The notes: generated from the letters alone by a model not told the origin. Shown: positions 8,888 to 18,885, counted from the first letter of the stretch. The stretch: DNA of 64,000 nt from an uncultured Phycisphaerales bacterium (GCA_963972125.1 CAXAUD010000014.1:3896-67895), one strand, 5' to 3'. Numbers and translations: made by a program.

Positions 8888-8957
8888 GTATGGGCTGGTT
8901 GCGCTCGCGATGGGGGCAACTCAAACGACGCGGCGTGCCCTGTGGGTCTGTAGCGGG

Positions 8958-9995
8958 TTATTCGGCATCTTCTCGCGGCGGCTTGGGTGAAGTTGAACGA
9001 TCGGGGGCGGGTTTCGTTGCCCGGTTGATCGCGTTCTTCATCTTTCTCTTTCGGATCTGCGCGCTGTTTGTTGCTGCATCGGGCGCGATATAAGGCTGCT
9101 TGCGTTCCTGGGGCTGCTGCTGTGCCTTTTTGCGTGCTCGTGCTCTGCGCGATCCGCTCGATGAGCCGGGTTCGGACTTCTTCTTGTCTGCGCGTTGATC
9201 TGCAGCGGCTCGTTTGAGTGCTCGGATCTCTTCGCGGGTCAGCTCTCGCCATTGGCCGCGTGCGAGTCCTTTGAGTTTGACGGGGCCCATCCCGACGCGT
9301 TCGAGCTTCTTGACGGGGTACCCCACTGCTGCGAGCATGCGTCGTACCTGACGGTTTCGGCCTTCCCTGAGTGTGAGTTCGACAACGGTTTTGTCGCGTT
9401 CGCGGGCGATGAGGGCGATTTCGACATGGGCCGTGCGTGCGGCCCCGTCTGTGCGTCCTGCTTTTCGTTGCGCGAGGTAGATCCCTCGTTCGAGTTCCTT
9501 GATAGCCTCCTCGTCGAGCGAGCCCTTGACGGCGACCCGGTAGGTCTTTGGCACGCCGTATCTGGGGTGGGTGAGGCGGTTTGCGAGTTCGCCGTCGTTT
9601 GTGAGGAGGATGAGCCCGACGGTGTCGTAATCGAGTCTTCCGACGGGGAATAGGCGGGGTGCAGCGGGGTGATCGACGAGTTCGGTGACGGTGCGTCGAT
9701 CCGCGCCCGGCTCGTCCTTCGCGGTGGAGAGCGTCCTGGGCGGCTTGTTGAGCATGACATAGATCTTGCGATCTGGTCGCGGGAGCACCTTTCCTGCGAC
9801 GACGATGCGGTCTTCGTCAGGATCGACCCATGCTGGGAGGGTGGCGACGAGGTGCCCGTTGACGGTGACATCGCCGTTCTCGATCATGGACTCGCAGGCG
9901 CGTCGAGAGCCGACGCCAGCGTCTGCCATGACGCGCTGGAGGCGCTTGCCGCGGGTTGCATCGGTGAGATCGGGCTTGTCGTTGCGTTTCTTCAC
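8958..9995 (-). CDS. rluB: 23S rRNA pseudouridine synthase (RluB/RsuA family)
   Basis: It has an S4 domain (KRLQRVMADAGVGSRRACESMI), the catalytic motif PVGRLDYDTVGLILLTNDG and a Lys/Arg-rich tail. The start is uncertain. I prefer the GTG at 9995 because the 10256 start would add about 87 non-homologous residues and overlap the divergent gene. Confidence 0.85.
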   Translation of the reverse strand: MKKRNDKPDLTDATRGKRLQRVMADAGVGSRRACESMIENGDVTVNGHLVATLPAWVDPDEDRIVVAGKVLPRPDRKIYVMLNKPPRTLSTAKDEPGADRRTVTELVDHPAAPRLFPVGRLDYDTVGLILLTNDGELANRLTHPRYGVPKTYRVAVKGSLDEEAIKELERGIYLAQRKAGRTDGAARTAHVEIALIARERDKTVVELTLREGRNRQVRRMLAAVGYPVKKLERVGMGPVKLKGLARGQWRELTREEIRALKRAAADQRADKKKSEPGSSSGSRRARARKKAQQQPQERKQPYIAPDAATNSAQIRKRKMKNAINRATKPAPDRSTSPKPPREDAE

Positions 9996-10171
9996 ATGGG
10001 AGTGTATGCGTGGGTGTGAAAATCGCGCGGGAAATGGGTGTCTGCGACGGCGATTCTTGAGCGTGTGACCCGATTGTGCCGAAGTTATTAGGACGCAGTG
10101 GGTTTGGTTCGCGCCGGAGGAGCGCGAGAAATGCGCTGTGTTGCCCCGACGAGGGGATTGGAGCCCGATCC

Positions 10172-11839
10172 ATGAGCAATGAAGGCCTGAGGCATAAAGC
10201 GACTCTCCGGATGACCACGGATCCGGGTAAGGGGAACGGGGCGATCGTTGAGCCACGCGCGACGATCGAGAAGGGCGAATCGGACGAGATGTTCCTGACG
10301 CCGAGGGTTCTTGATGCGAGCGCGTTTGCGAAGTATGCGGAGACCCTCAAGGGGATCATCGCGCAGGCGAGTGCGCAGGGGCGGGTGCTCGAGGATTTCT
10401 CGACAGATGCCGACGCGATGATCAAGCGTTGCAACGAGACGAGCGATTCGGTGAACAAACGCCTGCAGGCGGGGATCCGGATGCTCAAGATGATCGACGA
10501 GCGGGCGGAGCGGACGGACCGGCTGCTGGAGAAGGTGCAGTCGGCGTTGCCCGATGCCCAGGCGGTGAGCGAGCGGATCGACAGGGTCATTGATGAGCGT
10601 TTGGCTGCGAGCGAGGCACGGATCAATGATCTGATTCAGAACGCGGAATCGCGGGTGCAGTTGGCCGAGCGGCGTGCCTCCGAGGCGATCGAGCGCACGC
10701 AGGAACACGCGGGCGAGCTTGAGGCGTTGGGGTCTTCGATCGATGCTCGGCTTGGGGCGTTGCGTGAGGCGATCGAGAAGAGCGAGCAGATTCATGATGA
10801 GGGGATCGAGACACTGACCGCTCGCGTTGACGCGGCACGAGCAGAGGTCGATCGTGCGATCGCGCAGGCATTTGAGAAGGCGAACGAGGCGGGTGAGGCG
10901 TTGGGGCAACGCGCCGATGAGACCATGCATCGCATCGAGTCGCGCGTGGAGACGGTTGGTACTTCGATCGAGCCGCTGATCGACGCGGCGAGCACGGCGA
11001 TGCGAGCGCTTGGCATGGACCCTGAGAACCCGGTCTTTGCGGACTCTCCGCTGGCACGCATTGAATCACTGGTGGATCGCGGTGAGACGCAGCTTGCATC
11101 GCTGGATCGTGTGTACCGGCAGCTGGAGGACCTGCAGTCGCAGGCGGAGGGTGTGCGAAGTACATTCGGGAACTGGCTGATCGAGGCCGCGGCTGATCTT
11201 GATCAGTTGGAGTCTCGCAAGGAACACATCGTTGGTCCGATGCAGGAGGCCGCGGTTGCGATCCGGGAGATCGGGCCTGATCTGGAGCAGAAGCTGCGAC
11301 TTGCGTCGACGGAACTCTCGCAGTTGCAGATCGCGCAGAAGACATTGCGTGAAACGATCGCCGCGTCATCGCAGATCGCGAATGAGGTTTCGGACCGGAT
11401 GGGCAATCAGTCTGGGCAGTTGCAGGCCCTGCTGGATGGTTCGTTGCACAAGCTGTCTACGCGTGTGGAGCAGGCGGGGGTTTGGCTGGGAACCCTGATC
11501 CAACGGGCGGAATCGCTGGGCTCGTCGATGCCGACGGCTGGATCGATGGAGTTCTCGGCGGCTGATGCCCCGCAGCAGCACACCCCGCGGGCAGAAGTGC
11601 CGTCCGCACCAGTGGAGCCAACAGCAACCGAGACGACGCGTGTGGAGCGGACGACATCGGTTGCGCCTGTCGTAGAGACCGAATCGCTGGAGACGCGTCT
11701 GCAGGATGTTCAGGATGAGGTTGAGGAGCTGCGGAGTTTCACGCTCCCGGCACCGCCGCAGTTGCCGATCGATTCGATTTCGTTCGATGGTGCTGCAGAT
11801 GTCTTTGAGCACAACTGCGAGGATGATCAGGAATCCTGA
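10172..11839 (+). CDS. long alpha-helical / coiled-coil protein, function unknown
   Basis: About 555 aa from the ATG at 10172 (GGAG upstream). Composition is strongly heptad-like and rich in A/E/R/L/Q, with a Pro/Thr-rich acidic C-terminus. I recognised no enzymatic motif. Confidence 0.6.
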   Translation: MSNEGLRHKATLRMTTDPGKGNGAIVEPRATIEKGESDEMFLTPRVLDASAFAKYAETLKGIIAQASAQGRVLEDFSTDADAMIKRCNETSDSVNKRLQAGIRMLKMIDERAERTDRLLEKVQSALPDAQAVSERIDRVIDERLAASEARINDLIQNAESRVQLAERRASEAIERTQEHAGELEALGSSIDARLGALREAIEKSEQIHDEGIETLTARVDAARAEVDRAIAQAFEKANEAGEALGQRADETMHRIESRVETVGTSIEPLIDAASTAMRALGMDPENPVFADSPLARIESLVDRGETQLASLDRVYRQLEDLQSQAEGVRSTFGNWLIEAAADLDQLESRKEHIVGPMQEAAVAIREIGPDLEQKLRLASTELSQLQIAQKTLRETIAASSQIANEVSDRMGNQSGQLQALLDGSLHKLSTRVEQAGVWLGTLIQRAESLGSSMPTAGSMEFSAADAPQQHTPRAEVPSAPVEPTATETTRVERTTSVAPVVETESLETRLQDVQDEVEELRSFTLPAPPQLPIDSISFDGAADVFEHNCEDDQES

Positions 11840-12822
11840 GTATCCGGCTCCCAGAGCTCGTATGGGAACTCTTCGGGGATGAGGTTTGGTCGATCGTTGA
11901 TGAACGCGACCATGAACTCGAGTGCGTCGACAACGCGTGGCCCGGGTCGGTTGAACATCTGATTCCCGTCCACGATGGCGACACGCCGGTCCTTGACGGC
12001 GGGAAGATCGCGGAACCAGGCGTGGTTCCTGAAGAGTTGATTTGCTTCGTGTCTTGCTTGGCTGAGTGTGAGTCCGCAGGGGGCGATGACGAGATATCGG
12101 GGGTTGGTGGCGGCAAAGATTTCGCTGTTGATGGCAATGGAGTGCCCGGCGAGGCGTTCGGCCTGCTGTGGCCCCACGGCGGCACCTGAGCCAGGTTTGG
12201 CGACGGCTTCGTTGAGTGGGTGTCGGGCGCCGGCGCGTTCGATCAGTTGGACATTCCAGTGCCCGGCGATGTAGATCGGGTCGGTCCATTCCATGAACCC
12301 ACAGACCGGGCCGTCGTCGTAGGGGTTGATGTGCTCCTCGGCGCGATCCATTCTTTGTCGGAGTTTCACGACCTGATGCATGGCTTGTTCGCTCATCCCG
12401 ATTGCGTCCCCGACGCGGTAGATGTCATCGAGGATATCCTCGATGCTCTGGGGGTTGAGGGTCAGGACGCGTGGATTGGACGGGATGCGTTCTGCGACGC
12501 GTCGGACGGCGTCCAGGTCGATCGAGCAGACGGAACAGAGATCCTGGGTGATGATCAGATCGGGTGCGAGCTGGGCGAGTTGCTCCTCGTCGATCGTATA
12601 GAGGGATTGGCCGGATTGGGTCGCGGACGCGACCTGGGTGTCGATCGCTTTGGCGTCAATCCCGGATTCGGGGTCGTAGTGCGTGTTCTGGGCGGTGAGC
12701 GCGGGGACGGACTTGATCTCGGGGGGGAAATCGCACTCGTGGGAACGCCCGATGAGGGCATCGGTTGCGCCCAGCAGGGCGACGATCTCGGTGCCCGAAG
12801 GGATGAGACTCACGATGCGCAT
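11827..12822 (-). CDS. periplasmic-binding-protein type 2 fold protein (BtuF/FhuD-like, cobalamin/iron-chelate binding)
   Basis: 331 aa beginning MRIVSLIPSGTEIVALLGA..LIGRSHECDFP, typical of BtuF-like proteins. There is no obvious signal peptide and no adjacent permease or ATPase. Confidence 0.7.
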   Translation of the reverse strand: MRIVSLIPSGTEIVALLGATDALIGRSHECDFPPEIKSVPALTAQNTHYDPESGIDAKAIDTQVASATQSGQSLYTIDEEQLAQLAPDLIITQDLCSVCSIDLDAVRRVAERIPSNPRVLTLNPQSIEDILDDIYRVGDAIGMSEQAMHQVVKLRQRMDRAEEHINPYDDGPVCGFMEWTDPIYIAGHWNVQLIERAGARHPLNEAVAKPGSGAAVGPQQAERLAGHSIAINSEIFAATNPRYLVIAPCGLTLSQARHEANQLFRNHAWFRDLPAVKDRRVAIVDGNQMFNRPGPRVVDALEFMVAFINDRPNLIPEEFPYELWEPDTQDS

Positions 12823-12977
12823 GAACTTGCTCCGAAAGGAGTAAAAAGGCCCGAAAGTACGGCTTACGGGCTACTGTATAATGCCGACGATTGTTTTGGA
12901 TCGGGATCGGCAATGATTGGACGATAGACCCTTTGCGGGCGGTTGTGCCCGGCAAGGAGATCGCGGTGGCGAAACGG

Positions 12978-15458
12978 ATGAAGAAGACAAATCTGATGAT
13001 GCTGATGGGTGTGGTTGGGTGCGCGATGAGCGCCTCGGCGATGGGGCAGATGGCATTGCCTGAGGATGCGGCATCGCGCCCGGCTCGCAACGATCGTCCT
13101 GTGCGGTCGGCCCAGCCCGTCTCTGAGCAGCCCGAGGAGACGATCTCGTTCTCGGCTTTCTCGGAGCCGATGGAACTGACGACGCTGATTAACTTTGTCG
13201 GCGATCAGTTGGGCATCAACATCGTTGTGAAGGGTTCGCCGGAGGGCGAGGTCGCTTTCAACGCTCCCGTTGAGGTCCCCAAGAGTCGCCTGATCGATCT
13301 TCTGGACGCGATGCTCGATCAGTACAACTTCACGGTGACCTTTGAGCCGGCGACGGGTTTCTACATTGTGCAGCCGACTGGTGATGTGAAACCGGTGTTT
13401 GGTAATGTGTTGGCGACGACGAAGATCATCGAGACGCCGAACATCAAGCCGAGTTTGTTGGTTGGGCCGTTGCAGGCGACGCTCAGTGGCCCGAACGCCA
13501 CGGGCGGTGCGAACCAGCAGGGCACGAACGCGATTCAGGCGGTTGACGAGCTTGGGGTGTTGATCATCAATGCTCGCTCGCGTGATATCGCGCGGATCGA
13601 GTCGATGGTTGAGAAGATCATTCAGCGTGATCAGGAGCAGGAGTACATCCGCTTCGAGCTGGATCATCTCGCGGCTCCGACGGCGCTGAATCGGGTTGTT
13701 GGTCTTGTGGGGGGAAGCTCCGGGGGGACCGGGCTGAACTTCTCCGGTGGGAACAACAACCGCGGCGGAAACCAGAACAACAACCAGAACCTGCTCACAC
13801 TCGACGGTGGCACGCTTTCCAATATCGGCGAGCGCATCACGGTCGACCCTCAGGGGAACGCGTTGATTTTCCGTGGCACCAACAACGAGATCGAGCGTGT
13901 GCGTTCGCTACTCGGGGTGATCGATGTTGCGAATACGCTCGAGCCGCGCAACTACTTCGCGGGCGCTTCGGCGTCGCAGATCGCGGATATCGCGAAGCGT
14001 CGTGGTCTTGGCGAGGTGATTCTGATTGAGGACACGACGACCAATCAGTTCTCAGGGTTCAACAACTTCAACAATCAGAACAATCAGTTCGGCACGACCG
14101 ACGATGAGGGTCAGGGCGGGCCGGTCATGGTTGTTGATACGACTCGTGGCAACATCATCTATTACGGAACAGCGGAACAGCAGGCGCAGCTTGCGGCGTT
14201 GCTCGAAGAACTTAAGACAGAAGACGAGCGGGTGGTGATCCGTCATTACAAGCTGGATCACACGGACGCGCTCACTGTTACGGACCTGCTCAACTCGATC
14301 ATCAAGGGCGAGTCGCAGACGGGTGATTCGGACATTCTCTCCGGGGCTCAGGGGCGCACAAATCGCGGGTTTGTCAATGGGTTCCCTGTGTTCGGGGATG
14401 AGCCCGGGGCGTTCGACCCGGACAAGATCACGATCACCGCGGACGAGTCGAACAACCAGGTGGTGATCAATGCCCCGATCAAGCAGCAGGAGAGCGTTGA
14501 GATCCTGATCAGCGAGCTCGACCAGCAGCGGCCGCAGGTGTATATCGAGGCGATGATCGTGTCGATCGCGGACAACCAGGACTACACGCTGGCGTTTGAG
14601 ACGCAGCTCAACCGGGGCGACTTCTCGCTGGGAACGAACTTCGGGCTCAGCTCGCGTGATAACTTCACGGATGCGAAGACGGTCTCGCCCAGTCTTTCGG
14701 GATTGACGCAAGCGTTGATCAGCACGGACGCGGTCCCGCTGATTATCAACGCGACGCAAACAAACACGGATGTGCGCATCCTCTCGACGCCTCAGCTGCT
14801 TGTGAATGACAACCAGGAATCTGAGATCGTGTCGATCGAAGAGCAGCCGTACTCCGAGGTGACATCGGGCACGAACGGCGGCGATGCGCTGGAAGGGTTT
14901 GGCGGGTACGCTGAAGCTGGCACGACTCTCCGTGTGACGCCTTCGATCTCCAAGGCGGGGTTCATCCGCATGGAGTACTATGTTGAGCTTTCGAACTTCA
15001 TCGGTATCGGCAGCGACGGGCTCCCCCCGGCGACGAACCGGCGCACGGTTGAGGGCGGCGTGACCGTTCCGAGCAATGGCACGATCGTGCTGGGCGGGAT
15101 TACTGTTGACGATGTGCGTGACACGATCGTCAAGGTGCCGTTTGTCGGCGACATCCCGCTTGTGGGCGAGTTGTTCCGCCGGACGAACAAGGTGAATAAC
15201 CAGTCGAAGCTGTATGTGTTCCTCACGCCTCGGATTATGACTGATCCGAACTTCAATGATCTGAAGCTGTTCTCGCAGGGGCCTCAGGCGGAGATGCAGG
15301 TCGAGGACCATTTGCCCGAGCTCGAGCCCGCGGTGATCGATGCGGAGTTCCGCCCGATCGAGCAGCTTGAGATTCCTGAGGCGGACGATTCGTCTTCCGC
15401 CACGGCACCGCTGATGGAGCCGGCGCCCGTCGAGGTCAGCGAAGTAACCGGTTCGTAA
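12978..15458 (+). CDS. gspD: type II secretion system secretin (GspD family)
   Basis: Start at the ATG at 12978 (MKKTNLMMLMGVVGCAMSASA signal peptide). It has N0/N1-like repeats and a C-terminal secretin domain (VPFVGDIPLVGELFR...LYVFLTPRI). Asn/Gln-rich low-complexity inserts are present. Confidence 0.88.
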   Translation: MKKTNLMMLMGVVGCAMSASAMGQMALPEDAASRPARNDRPVRSAQPVSEQPEETISFSAFSEPMELTTLINFVGDQLGINIVVKGSPEGEVAFNAPVEVPKSRLIDLLDAMLDQYNFTVTFEPATGFYIVQPTGDVKPVFGNVLATTKIIETPNIKPSLLVGPLQATLSGPNATGGANQQGTNAIQAVDELGVLIINARSRDIARIESMVEKIIQRDQEQEYIRFELDHLAAPTALNRVVGLVGGSSGGTGLNFSGGNNNRGGNQNNNQNLLTLDGGTLSNIGERITVDPQGNALIFRGTNNEIERVRSLLGVIDVANTLEPRNYFAGASASQIADIAKRRGLGEVILIEDTTTNQFSGFNNFNNQNNQFGTTDDEGQGGPVMVVDTTRGNIIYYGTAEQQAQLAALLEELKTEDERVVIRHYKLDHTDALTVTDLLNSIIKGESQTGDSDILSGAQGRTNRGFVNGFPVFGDEPGAFDPDKITITADESNNQVVINAPIKQQESVEILISELDQQRPQVYIEAMIVSIADNQDYTLAFETQLNRGDFSLGTNFGLSSRDNFTDAKTVSPSLSGLTQALISTDAVPLIINATQTNTDVRILSTPQLLVNDNQESEIVSIEEQPYSEVTSGTNGGDALEGFGGYAEAGTTLRVTPSISKAGFIRMEYYVELSNFIGIGSDGLPPATNRRTVEGGVTVPSNGTIVLGGITVDDVRDTIVKVPFVGDIPLVGELFRRTNKVNNQSKLYVFLTPRIMTDPNFNDLKLFSQGPQAEMQVEDHLPELEPAVIDAEFRPIEQLEIPEADDSSSATAPLMEPAPVEVSEVTGS

Positions 15459-15482
15459 AGGTCAGAGCGAGGACGCAGCGGC

Positions 15483-17195
15483 ATGGGCAAGGTGAATGGC
15501 ATCATCAAACGCGACCCGAAGAAGGGTGACGCGAAGCGGGACGAGAACGCGGCGGCGATCGTTGTCGATCGTTGGAACGACGCGGCCCGCGCGTTCGGGG
15601 ATCTTAAACTCAGCGGAGATCAGCTGCGTGCGTTCGCATCGATCCCGGGGAGTGACGACGAGCCCTGGGATGTGATGCTGCAGACGATGGCGCTCGACGA
15701 GACGAGTGCGCTCAAGCTCCTGGCGCAGCGTACGGGCCTGGACTACATCGCGGAGCCCAAGCTCAGCGAGACGGCATCGCGGTTCTATGAACTCGTTGAC
15801 CAGGAGGATGCGCGGGCGCAGAGCGTCGCGTGTATTGAACGGCGCGAGGGTGTGTATGTGATCGCGACGAGCCGACCGATGCAGCCAAGCGTGCTGACGA
15901 TGCTTGAGGATGTGCTCGACGCGCCGATCAATGTGGTGCTCGTGCCGCGTGCCGCGGTGGCGAGCATGATCAACCGCGGGTTTGAGCAGCGCGGCGATCT
16001 GGTCACCGAAATTGTCGAGGACATCCCGCTCGATCAGGACGCGATCGAGCAGGCGGCGGGCGCGATTGGCAAGAGCAACGACCTGCTCGCGCAGGCGCGA
16101 CAGACGCCGGTCATTCGTCTGGTGAACATGATCCTGTTTGAGGCGCTGCGTCGCAACGCGTCTGATGTGCATGTGCACCCGATGGAAGAGCGCCTCGCGA
16201 TCCGGTTCCGTGTGGACGGGATGCTCGTCGATGCGTTCGCCCCCCCACTGTCGCTGGCTTCCGCGATCTCCTCGCGTCTGAAGGTCATGACGGAGCTCGA
16301 TATCGCGAACCGGCACTCGCCGCAGGACGGGCAGACGACGGTGCGGATCGGGCAGAAGAAGATCGATATCCGTTTGAGCGTGATCCCCACGATCTTCGGC
16401 GAGCGGATCGTGCTGCGTCTGCTCGATCAGTCGCAGAACGAGCTGGATCTGTCGGCGATCGGCATGAGCAAGCGTCTGCAGACGGCGTTGATGGATTGTG
16501 TCGAGCGTCCCAACGGGATCCTGCTCGTCACGGGTCCGACGGGTTCTGGTAAGACGACAACGCTGTACGCGGCGCTCGGTCGCATCGATCGCGACTCACG
16601 CAATGTGATGACGATCGAGGATCCGGTCGAGTATCACCTTGACGGGATCTCCCAGATGCAGGTGAACAACAAGCGCGGCGTGACCTTCGCGACGGGTCTG
16701 CGTTCGTTGTTGCGTCAGGACCCGGATGTGATCCTTGTGGGTGAAATCCGCGACCCGGAGACGGCGCAGCTCGCGATTCAGGCATCGTTGACGGGTCACT
16801 TTGTGCTCGCGACCTTGCACACGAACGATGCGCCCAGCGCGATCCCGCGTTTGCTGGACATCGGTGTTGAGCCGTACCTGGTGACGAGTTCGCTGGTGGG
16901 TGTGTTGGCGCAGCGGCTGCTGCGTCGCCTGTGCACGACCTGCGGCGGCGCGGGGTCGCACAACGGCGAGAAGTGCGAGACCTGCTTCGGCACGGGGTAC
17001 AAGGGACGACTCGCGGCCCACGAGCTCATGCTGATGAACGATCAGCTGCGTCAGCTGACCGCCCAGCGTGCGGACGGCGTGACGCTGTATGAGGCGGCGG
17101 TGGATTCGGGGTTTGCGCCGATGAAGGTGGATGCGATGGAGAAGGTGAAGCAGGGTCTGACGGACGAGGCGGAAGTCTTCCGTGTGCTTCACTGA
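15483..17195 (+). CDS. gspE: type II secretion / type IV pilus assembly ATPase (GspE/PilB family)
   Basis: 570 aa with Walker A GPTGSGKTTTLYA, Asp box, Walker B ILVGEIRD, His box and a tetracysteine motif CTTCGG...CETCFGTGYKGR. Confidence 0.92.
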   Translation: MGKVNGIIKRDPKKGDAKRDENAAAIVVDRWNDAARAFGDLKLSGDQLRAFASIPGSDDEPWDVMLQTMALDETSALKLLAQRTGLDYIAEPKLSETASRFYELVDQEDARAQSVACIERREGVYVIATSRPMQPSVLTMLEDVLDAPINVVLVPRAAVASMINRGFEQRGDLVTEIVEDIPLDQDAIEQAAGAIGKSNDLLAQARQTPVIRLVNMILFEALRRNASDVHVHPMEERLAIRFRVDGMLVDAFAPPLSLASAISSRLKVMTELDIANRHSPQDGQTTVRIGQKKIDIRLSVIPTIFGERIVLRLLDQSQNELDLSAIGMSKRLQTALMDCVERPNGILLVTGPTGSGKTTTLYAALGRIDRDSRNVMTIEDPVEYHLDGISQMQVNNKRGVTFATGLRSLLRQDPDVILVGEIRDPETAQLAIQASLTGHFVLATLHTNDAPSAIPRLLDIGVEPYLVTSSLVGVLAQRLLRRLCTTCGGAGSHNGEKCETCFGTGYKGRLAAHELMLMNDQLRQLTAQRADGVTLYEAAVDSGFAPMKVDAMEKVKQGLTDEAEVFRVLH

Positions 17196-17699
17196 TCAGT
17201 TCATCGATCCTATAGCCCTGATTAAGACTCCGATACATACAACACCGACGAGCATCCCGATGGACGCGAGGATCATGACGCGCAACTGGACCTGAACCCT
17301 TCCTGTTTTCGATTTCTTCAGTGCCTCGTACACACGGCGCCTCGCCTTGCGGGCCCAGATCTGCAGGGATACTGCGAAGAGAACCGGAGTCGCGATGAGA
17401 ATGGCTGCGCTGAGCCCTTCGAAGGACAGTACATTCACTGGATTGCTCACGCGTAAGTATGAGAACAGCAGTGTCAATGCAATCGTGATCCAGCCGAAAG
17501 ATCCCAGCATGCACCAGAATCGAGTCTCGGAGATAGGGCCGATGTAGTTCGGGCTGCGGAGGAGTGCTCTGTCTATCAACTCGCCGCATTCCGGGCACGG
17601 TGCGTCATCCGCGAGGTCTTTGAGCGAGTAGCGGCAGATCGGGCATTTGGAGACGCGGACGAATGCGGCTGGGAGTCGGGATGGGGTGCGCTCACTCAT
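17196..17699 (-). CDS. membrane protein with N-terminal CxxC...CPECG zinc ribbon (family member 1)
   Basis: 167 aa with KCPICRYSLKDLADDAPCPECG followed by about three TM helices. It is visibly A/T-richer than its neighbours. Confidence 0.65.
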   Translation of the reverse strand: MSERTPSRLPAAFVRVSKCPICRYSLKDLADDAPCPECGELIDRALLRSPNYIGPISETRFWCMLGSFGWITIALTLLFSYLRVSNPVNVLSFEGLSAAILIATPVLFAVSLQIWARKARRRVYEALKKSKTGRVQVQLRVMILASIGMLVGVVCIGVLIRAIGSMN

Positions 17700-17721
17700 G
17701 GGTTGTGGTTTACCATATCAC

Positions 17722-18324
17722 ATGTTCGATTTGCTTACGCCGATGCTTCCTGAACCCGTGACATTACGCAATGAGGTTGTGACGCTTGAGCCGATGGATG
17801 TGCGGCATGCGCGGGACCTGTGTGACGCGATCGATGACGGGGTGTTCGCGTTTATGCCGATGCGGTCGAGCGTGAAGACGATCAACGAAGTCCGCCGGTA
17901 TGTCGAGTTTCAGGTCCGGCGTCCCAGCACGATCACCTTCGCGGTGATCGACAATGCGACGGGGCGGGCGGTTGGGTCGACGAGTTACCTGCATATCCGT
18001 GCGGATCATCGGGGGTTGGAGATCGGGTCGACCTGGATCAGCAAAGCATCGCGTGGGACCAAGATCAACCCCGCGATGAAGCACCTGATGTTGTCGCACG
18101 CGTTCGAGACGCTCGGCGCGGTTCGGGTGGAGTTGCGGACGGACGGACGCAACGCGCAATCACGCAAAGCGATCGAGAAACTCGGCGCGCGATTTGAGGG
18201 GATGATGCGGGCGCACATGATCATGCCCGATGGGGTTTTGCGTGATACGGCGGTGTACTCGATTGTGCGGGAGGAATGGAAGGCGATTGATCTTCAACTC
18301 ATGAGTCGGCTTGGGATCAACTGA
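17722..18324 (+). CDS. GNAT family N-acetyltransferase (RimJ/RimL-like)
   Basis: Start at the ATG at 17722, which avoids overlap with the divergent gene. It shows the typical pattern VTLEPM...H...L and the acetyl-CoA region (RGTKINPAMKHLMLSHAFETLGAVRVELRTD..N..S). Confidence 0.8.
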   Translation: MFDLLTPMLPEPVTLRNEVVTLEPMDVRHARDLCDAIDDGVFAFMPMRSSVKTINEVRRYVEFQVRRPSTITFAVIDNATGRAVGSTSYLHIRADHRGLEIGSTWISKASRGTKINPAMKHLMLSHAFETLGAVRVELRTDGRNAQSRKAIEKLGARFEGMMRAHMIMPDGVLRDTAVYSIVREEWKAIDLQLMSRLGIN

Positions 18325-18838
18325 TGTTGAGAACAACGTAGCTCACGATCAGTAATGAAACTCCAACGACTGCGTAAGAGAGCTTCGAAGTCCACGTGCT
18401 TCTCTGATTTGGATATACACGCATCAGACGAACTGGGATGCTCCGGCGGGAAGACCAGATCGCGGCACCTGCTACGACGTAAAACACCAAGAGCGCCAGG
18501 ATCAATATCGAACTCAGAAACAATGCGGACTTTGCACGCAAGACGACGTGCCATCCGCCGAGAAACAAACCCGTTAGAAATATGAACGGGATGGCCAGCA
18601 AGAGCAAGACTGAGAAGACAACACAAACGACCGATGCGAGACGGGCGCTAAATCGTTCGGTGTATACCGCATCCCGGAACATTGGCATCTCGTCGAGCCC
18701 AATGCGATGAAACATAAAGCCACATTCGGGGCATTGATGATCTGGCAAGTCTTGGAGTGTGTATTCACATACGGGACAGTGAAAGTTGCTCTCTTTGTTC
18801 TGGCCGCCCCAGTACTGCTCCCTCCAATACTCGCTCAT
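18317..18838 (-). CDS. membrane protein with N-terminal CxxC...CPECG zinc ribbon (family member 2)
   Basis: Start at the ATG at 18838 (MSEYWREQYW...). It has HCPVCEYTLQDLPDHQCPECG followed by three to four TM helices, and is clearly A/T-richer than the flanks. Confidence 0.65.
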   Translation of the reverse strand: MSEYWREQYWGGQNKESNFHCPVCEYTLQDLPDHQCPECGFMFHRIGLDEMPMFRDAVYTERFSARLASVVCVVFSVLLLLAIPFIFLTGLFLGGWHVVLRAKSALFLSSILILALLVFYVVAGAAIWSSRRSIPVRLMRVYPNQRSTWTSKLSYAVVGVSLLIVSYVVLNIS

Positions 18839-18854
18839 ACATAATGATAGTCGT

Positions 18855-18885
18855 AAAAAACCTCGCCCGGAGGGATCGGGCGAGG
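18855..18885 (-). terminator. intrinsic terminator (minus strand), downstream of aroC
   Basis: On the minus strand this reads CCTCGCCCG atccctc CGGGCGAGG followed by TTTTTT. Confidence 0.6.

Noticed and set aside
9996-10256. An 87-aa N-terminal extension of the rluB ORF, and the 10076 start of the divergent coiled-coil ORF.
   Set aside because: The extensions would make the two divergent genes overlap by about 180 nt. They are Arg/Ser/Pro-rich with no homology to the S4 domain start. Internal starts at 9995 (GTG) and 10172 (ATG with GGAG) fit better.
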